NCBI GenBank assembly: GCA_963701965.1 | Contig: OY969695.1 | Span: 320,001-384,000, forward strand | Source of the DNA: an uncultured Gemmatimonadales bacterium | GTDB lineage: Bacteria > Gemmatimonadota > Gemmatimonadetes > Gemmatimonadales > Gemmatimonadaceae | Length of the DNA stretch: 64,000 nt | Direction: 5' to 3' | Part shown: one piece after another, positions 57,607 through 64,000 of the stretch | Layout: each line of letters begins with the position of its first letter | Numbering within the stretch: position 1 is the stretch's first letter | Translations under genes and position numbers: made by a program | The notes under the pieces: model-generated | What the model saw: only the letters and a program-made list of their open reading frames with translations | The model's database searches: none | Told to the model about the DNA's origin: nothing

Positions 57607-58096
57607 CCGTCACACCCCTGTCCCAAATGAACGTGAGCCGTGCCTCCTCGATCTGCGACAACGGCACTCGGTGTTCGGATCCGCCTCGTGGTTCCGAACC
57701 CCCCAACACATCGCGCACCGTGACGACGGCATCATCTCCCTCGCCGTCGACACCAACGATCTCGACTTCCCGGCGCCCACCGAGCGCCGCGCTCTTCACC
57801 GACGCCCGCCGGCCGACGAACCGCCGCCAATCCCGCTCGTACTTGAGTGGCCGATCCGCGCCCGGCGACGACACCTGCAACTCGTACCGCTCCGGCGTTC
57901 CCAGCGCCTCGATGCGCGGCTCCAGCACCCGCAATGCCCGCGCACAGTCTTCGACCGAAACCTTCAGTCCGTCCCGCCGATCAATGCGAACCTCGAACAG
58001 CGGACGGCTCCGACTGCCCAGGCGACGCACGTCGACCAGGTCGAGCCCAAGTTCGTCAAGTGCCGATTCGACAACAGCTTCCAGTTCTGATTTCAC
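57590..58096 (-). CDS. rimP: Ribosome maturation factor RimP
   Basis: VSVEDC, YELQVSSPGADRPL; GTG start chosen downstream of the leader hairpin. Confidence 0.92.
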   Translation of the reverse strand: MKSELEAVVESALDELGLDLVDVRRLGSRSRPLFEVRIDRRDGLKVSVEDCARALRVLEPRIEALGTPERYELQVSSPGADRPLKYERDWRRFVGRRASVKSAALGGRREVEIVGVDGEGDDAVVTVRDVLGGSEPRGGSEHRVPLSQIEEARLTFIWDRGVTDGRLG

Positions 58097-58106
58097 AACT
58101 GATGAG

Positions 58107-58138
58107 AATAAAAAAATGTGGGGAACCTCCCCCACATT
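58107..58138 (-). promoter_or_regulatory. rimP leader, terminator-like attenuator hairpin
   Basis: AATGTGGGGAGGTTCCCCACATTTTTTTATT immediately upstream of rimP. Confidence 0.75.
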
Positions 58139-58219
58139 GCCAGACTTCGAAACATAACGGGCGCGAGACCGGGGTCAACCCCGGCGGAGACCGGTCAGGT
58201 TTGCATGACCAACCGTCGC

Positions 58220-58957
58220 CTACACATCGGCGATGATCGCCGCGACCTGTCGGCCCACGTCGCCGGCGCGGTGGGAGAAGAACCGCTCGCCATCGCAGCG
58301 GGAGCAGTCGTCGCTCAGCGTCACCGCCCGCACACCTGCCGCGCTCGCCTGGCCGGCGAGCAACGCGCGCAGATCGACCGTCGTGGGCCGGTCGACCATG
58401 CGTCCCGTGAGTCTGGCGTACACGTCGGGACTCACCTCGTAGCAGGGCCCACAGACCGCCGGACCCAAGTGGACCCGGAGATCACCGGCACGGAGGCCGG
58501 CCTCGGCAAAGGCGGCCAAGGCGTGTCTGAGAATGCCGTCCGCGGTGCCCCGCCAACCGGCGTGTACCGCGGCCACGGCGCCCGACGGGTGCGCGATGAG
58601 CATCGGCACGCAATCGGCAACGGTCACCGCCAGGCCGATACCGCGCGTGACCGCGACATGGCCGTCGGCCGCCTCGCTGCGAAGCCACCCGGTCCAGGTA
58701 TCGCTCACCGCGTCGCGCCCGGCGCCACCGTAGGTCAGAACGCGCGTCCCGTGCACCTGCTGCGCCGTCGCGAAGCGACGGGCGCGCAACACGTCCTGGC
58801 GCAGTTTCGCCCACCGCCCCATGACCGCGGACACGGGCTCCTCGGTCGCCGTGCTCAGCGACCCGAACACCCGCGTCGTCACATAGGCACGCACGCCGAA
58901 CGAGGCGAAGACATCGATCATCTCGATGCTGGCCGTCGACAGGACGCCGGCCGTCAT
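58220..58957 (-). CDS. pgeF: PgeF/YfiH family (laccase-domain) protein
   Basis: [33 protein letters not shown]. Confidence 0.9.
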   Translation of the reverse strand: MTAGVLSTASIEMIDVFASFGVRAYVTTRVFGSLSTATEEPVSAVMGRWAKLRQDVLRARRFATAQQVHGTRVLTYGGAGRDAVSDTWTGWLRSEAADGHVAVTRGIGLAVTVADCVPMLIAHPSGAVAAVHAGWRGTADGILRHALAAFAEAGLRAGDLRVHLGPAVCGPCYEVSPDVYARLTGRMVDRPTTVDLRALLAGQASAAGVRAVTLSDDCSRCDGERFFSHRAGDVGRQVAAIIADV

Positions 58958-60255
58958 GCCGTCACGCGCCGCCCATCGACGATGCGCTCAATGCGCGCAC
59001 CCAGGGCGTTCAACCGCTCGTCAATGCGCTCGTAGCCGCGATCGATCTGCCCGACGTTGTTGATGGTGCTGGTGCCGCGCGCACAGGAGGCGGCGAGCAG
59101 CATCGCCATGCCGGCGCGAATGTCGGGCGACTCGACGGTCGACCCGCGGAGCTCGGACGGACCGGCGACCAACGCCCGGTGGGGATCGCACAGCACGATC
59201 CGGGCGCCCATGCCCACGAGCTTGTCGACGAAGAACATGCGGGATTCGAACATCTTCTCATGCATCAGGATGAGCCCGTTACACTGCGTCGCCGTGACGA
59301 TCGCGATCGACATGAGATCGGCGGGAAACGCCGGCCACGGCTGATCTTCGAGCTTGGGGACGTGCCCACCGAGATCGCTCTGGATCTGCCGAGCTTGCCG
59401 CTCGGGCACGATGAGATCCGCTCCATCAACTTCACACTCGATCCCGAGCCGCGCAAATCCCATGCGCACCGCGCGGAGGTGCTCGACGCCGGCATCGGCA
59501 ATGCGCAGCGTGGAATGGGTGACGGCAGCGAGCCCTATGAAAGACCCGACCTCGATGTGATCGGGCCCGATCGCGTGACGGGCGCCACGCAGCGTGCGGG
59601 CGCCGTGGATCGTCAGAGTATTGGTGCCGATCCCCTCGATCTCGGCGCCCATGGCGACGAGAAAGTGGGCCAGATCCTGGACATGGGGCTCGCTGGCCGC
59701 GTTGCGAAGAATGGTCGTCCCGCTGGCAACCACTGCGGCCATGAGGGCGTTCTCGGTCGCGGTGACGCTGGGCTCATCGAGAAACACGTCGGCGCCGGTG
59801 AGGCGCGTGGCGCGAATCTCGAAACGGCCGTTGAGCGAGAACGTCGCGCCCAACTGCTCCAGGGCCATGAAATGCGTGTCCACCCGGCGCCGGCCAATGA
59901 CATCCCCGCCCGGCGGCGGCAGTTCCACCGACCCGCAACGGGCCAGCAGAGGGCCGGCCAGCAGGATCGACGCGCGAATCCGGGCGCAGAGCGCCGGGTC
60001 GAGCGACGCCGCGCGCACCTCGCGGGCGTGGATCCGGAGGGCGTGGGGGCCGGTCCAGTCCACCTCGGCGCCCACGGATCGTAGCAGATCGAGTAGCGTC
60101 TCGATATCGCTGATCCGCGGGACGTTCGCGAGCTCGACCGGTTGATCGGTGAGCAGGGCGGCGGCCACGATGGGAAGGGCCGCGTTCTTGTTGCCCGAAG
60201 GCCGGACGGTCCCGGAGAGGCGGCGACCGCCTTCGACGAGGAATTGGACGGACAT
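58954..60255 (-). CDS. murA: UDP-N-acetylglucosamine 1-carboxyvinyltransferase, Asp-type active-site loop (PGGD)
   Basis: [43 protein letters not shown]. Confidence 0.95.
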   Translation of the reverse strand: MSVQFLVEGGRRLSGTVRPSGNKNAALPIVAAALLTDQPVELANVPRISDIETLLDLLRSVGAEVDWTGPHALRIHAREVRAASLDPALCARIRASILLAGPLLARCGSVELPPPGGDVIGRRRVDTHFMALEQLGATFSLNGRFEIRATRLTGADVFLDEPSVTATENALMAAVVASGTTILRNAASEPHVQDLAHFLVAMGAEIEGIGTNTLTIHGARTLRGARHAIGPDHIEVGSFIGLAAVTHSTLRIADAGVEHLRAVRMGFARLGIECEVDGADLIVPERQARQIQSDLGGHVPKLEDQPWPAFPADLMSIAIVTATQCNGLILMHEKMFESRMFFVDKLVGMGARIVLCDPHRALVAGPSELRGSTVESPDIRAGMAMLLAASCARGTSTINNVGQIDRGYERIDERLNALGARIERIVDGRRVTA

Positions 60256-60513
60256 GAGGTGGGGGTAGGATGCCCGCACGCGACGACGGAGGTCAACTAG
60301 AGGTCACGGGGCGCTCCGCGCCCGTGACTCTTTGACCTGTCGGTTTGATTCGCGGCGGCCCTGGCCGCCGCACCGCTGGGACAAGGCGAACATCAGAGGC
60401 AGTACGGCCGCCAGGGCCGCGGTCAATCCAACCGACCAACACGTCATCAGAAGGCGAAGCCTTCTGCATGACCGGTTGCCGCACGTGGCCCTGGCCTTGC
60501 AAGTTGCTGAGAT

Positions 60514-61072
60514 ATGGGCACTACGGCCACGCTGCCACTGTGGCTCCAGCAGGTGACGGAGATCGCCGGCGCCATCGTGACGATCGCGCTCGCGATCGTC
60601 GTCTTGGCGGCCATCCCGGTGCTACTGGCCATTCGCCAGCAGATCCGCCGCGGCACCGAGGAAGTCACCCGGGCGGTGTCCGGCGCTGCGCCACTGATCG
60701 GCGAAGCGGTGGCGCTGCTCAACGACCTGCGGGCGATCGGCACGTCTTTACGCGCCAATGCCACGCTCATCCACGACAGCCTCTCCCACGCCGACGCCCG
60801 TTTCCGGAGTCGTGTGGCCGAGCTCGAATGCACTCGTGGGCGTTCTCCGGGACGGCCTGGAGGATGCGGTAGTCTCGGTGGCGGCTGTCGGACGTGGCAT
60901 CCAAGCAGGGACAGCGGCACTGGGGTTGGGAGCCCAAGAGGACTCCCATGACGAATCATTGGAGGCGATGCGAAATGGCGACGACGGCGCGGGACGAGCT
61001 ACACGAGCACCAGGACCACGAGTCAAATCGACGCGGCCGGCCGGGACTGAAGGGGCGGCTGGCCGATCGTGA
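60514..61072 (+). CDS. Membrane-anchored coiled-coil protein (DUF948-like), one apparent extra base near 60827
   Basis: N-terminal TM; RVAEL continues as NALVGVLRDGLEDAVVSVAAVGRG in the next frame. Confidence 0.6.
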
Positions 61073-61358
61073 AGTCCAGATAGACGTCGTGGCCGCGGCC
61101 CTGATCGGGGCGGCTATCGGCATTAGTGCGACCCTGTTGATGCGGCCCCGCCGCCGCAACCGGTTCGCGACCGCCGCGCGCCGGGCGGCGCGACGCGGCG
61201 AAACCCTATGGAACGGCCTGCCGGACAGCGATGAGCTGCGCGGCCGGTTTTCCGAATACGTGAACACGGCGCGCGACACCATCGACCGCGCCGTCGATCA
61301 CGAGCTCAAGGCACTGCGCAAGCGACTCGAAAAAGAGCGCTCGCGTCTCCATCTCTAG
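60975..61358 (+). CDS. YtxH-like protein
   Basis: AALIGAAIGISATLLMRP TM followed by a helical tail. Confidence 0.6.
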   Translation: MATTARDELHEHQDHESNRRGRPGLKGRLADREVQIDVVAAALIGAAIGISATLLMRPRRRNRFATAARRAARRGETLWNGLPDSDELRGRFSEYVNTARDTIDRAVDHELKALRKRLEKERSRLHL

Positions 61359-61371
61359 GATCGAACGTCCG

Positions 61372-62273
61372 CTGCGAGTCGCCAGTCTCGCCGCGCTGAT
61401 CCTGCTCGTCGCCGTCGCCGTCGTCGCCCTGACGCCGGCGACGGCGTACGCGTGGACCCCCGGCACGCACGTTTTCCTGGGCGAGGCGGTCATCCGCTCG
61501 GCCGGCATCCTCCCCGCCCTCGTCGCCGACCTCCTGCGCGCGTTCCCGTACGACTTTCTGTACGGGTCGATCGCCGCCGACACCAGCATGGCCAAGAAGT
61601 ACGCGCCGGTCGGCCGCCACTGCCATTCCTGGCACGTGGGCTTCGAGATCTACGACGGCGCCGCTGACGGCCCGCTGCGCGCGTTCGGCCTGGGCTACCT
61701 GGCGCATCTCGCCGCCGACGTCGTCGCGCACAACTACTTCGTGCCCCGCCAACTGGCGCTGACGTCCACCACCACGGGCTTCGGCCACAGCTACTGGGAG
61801 AGCCGGTTCGAAGCCCACCTCGGCGAGCGCCCGGGACACCGGGCCGTGGAGCTGTTGCTGCTGGATCACTCGCGCTCCGACGAGCACCTGGATCGCATTC
61901 TGAGCCCGACGATATTCAGCACCCAGACCAACCGCCGGATATTCCGCGGAATGGTCTACGCCTCCGACACCGAGTCGTGGCAGCGCATCATGCAGCTCGT
62001 GTCCGAGAACAGCCGGTGGGATCTCGCCGAACACGATGTCGCGGCCTACGTGGCGCGTTCGTACGACTTCGTGATGGATCTGCTGCAGCGGCTGGACCAC
62101 TCCGAGCCGTACGCGCTGGATCCGGCGGGGCACGAGCCGCTGCAACAAGCCAAGCGCGTGCGCCGCGCCGCCCTGCGCAAAGGCAGCGATCTCCACCTGA
62201 TCGAGGACGCCGAGCGGCAGTTCGGCTTGCCCGCCTCGCCGCTCAAGTACGCGGCGGGGCTGCCGGCGCCGCT

Positions 62274-62301
<28 letters not shown>
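61372..62301 (+). CDS. Zinc-dependent phospholipase C family protein; start uncertain
   Basis: In-frame signal peptide ending AYA-WTPGTH, FLYGSIAAD, GYLAHLAADVVAH, HSYWE. Confidence 0.8.
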
Positions 62302-63698
<1,397 letters not shown>

Positions 63699-63704
63699 AG
63701 TCGG

Positions 63705-64000
63705 TCAGTGGGCCAGGCGTTCAATGGCGTAGGCCGCCGCGAACATCGCGGTCTCGCCGAAGTGGGGCGCGATGATCTGACCGCCGATCGGCAGCGCGCC
63801 AATGGCGCCGATGGGGACCGAGATCGCGGGCACGCCGGCGAGATTGGCGGTACACGTGAAGATGTCGTTGAGATACATCTCGTACGGATCGGACACGGCG
63901 CCAATGGGAAACGCGGGGGTCGGCGTGGTCGGCGTGAACAACACGTCGACGCCCGACGCGAACACCTTTCGGAAATCCTCGGCGATCAACGATCGGACCT
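63705..64000 (-). CDS. gatA: Asp/Glu-tRNA amidotransferase subunit A (3' part only)
   Basis: PTTPTPAF, MYLNDIFT, ANLAGVPAISVP. Confidence 0.93.
   Translation of the reverse strand, partial: VRSLIAEDFRKVFASGVDVLFTPTTPTPAFPIGAVSDPYEMYLNDIFTCTANLAGVPAISVPIGAIGALPIGGQIIAPHFGETAMFAAAYAIERLAH

Noticed and set aside
60339..60436. SRP RNA or 6S RNA
   Set aside because: No SRP GGAA tetraloop/AGCAG motif is visible and the rod is much shorter than a typical 6S RNA; left unassigned.

Overview
This is a GC-rich bacterial window with two parts. From about 8.37 kb onward it looks like Gemmatimonadota core genome, judged from gene order and sequence style (lineage is my inference, not a search result). 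It carries clpC-mcsB-mcsA-lolD-lolC/E-lysS-prfB, era, one full rRNA operon, tRNA-Lys/Arg/Pro, rdgB, rph, murI, selC-selD, fhs, secDF, ribF-truB-rbfA-infB-nusA-rimP, murA and gatBA. The first 8.37 kb (C-S lyase, IclR, VOC protein, BisC-like Mo enzyme, Opp-type ABC transporter) is indel-ridden and fused in frame into a truncated clpC, most likely an assembly chimera. A lower-GC accessory island (about 41.7-50.7 kb) holds a signal-peptide RHS protein with an HEXXH metallopeptidase tip, two paralogous lipoproteins flanking it, a hipBA-like module and three decaying copies of a secreted-protein gene. Other highlights: the selD stop codon lies inside the tRNA-Sec acceptor stem, a zinc-ribbon protein has a RomX-like C-terminus next to a GGDEF gene, and two intergenic regions are highly structured. 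Single-base indels in essential genes (clpC, infB) show that frameshifts here cannot be taken at face value.
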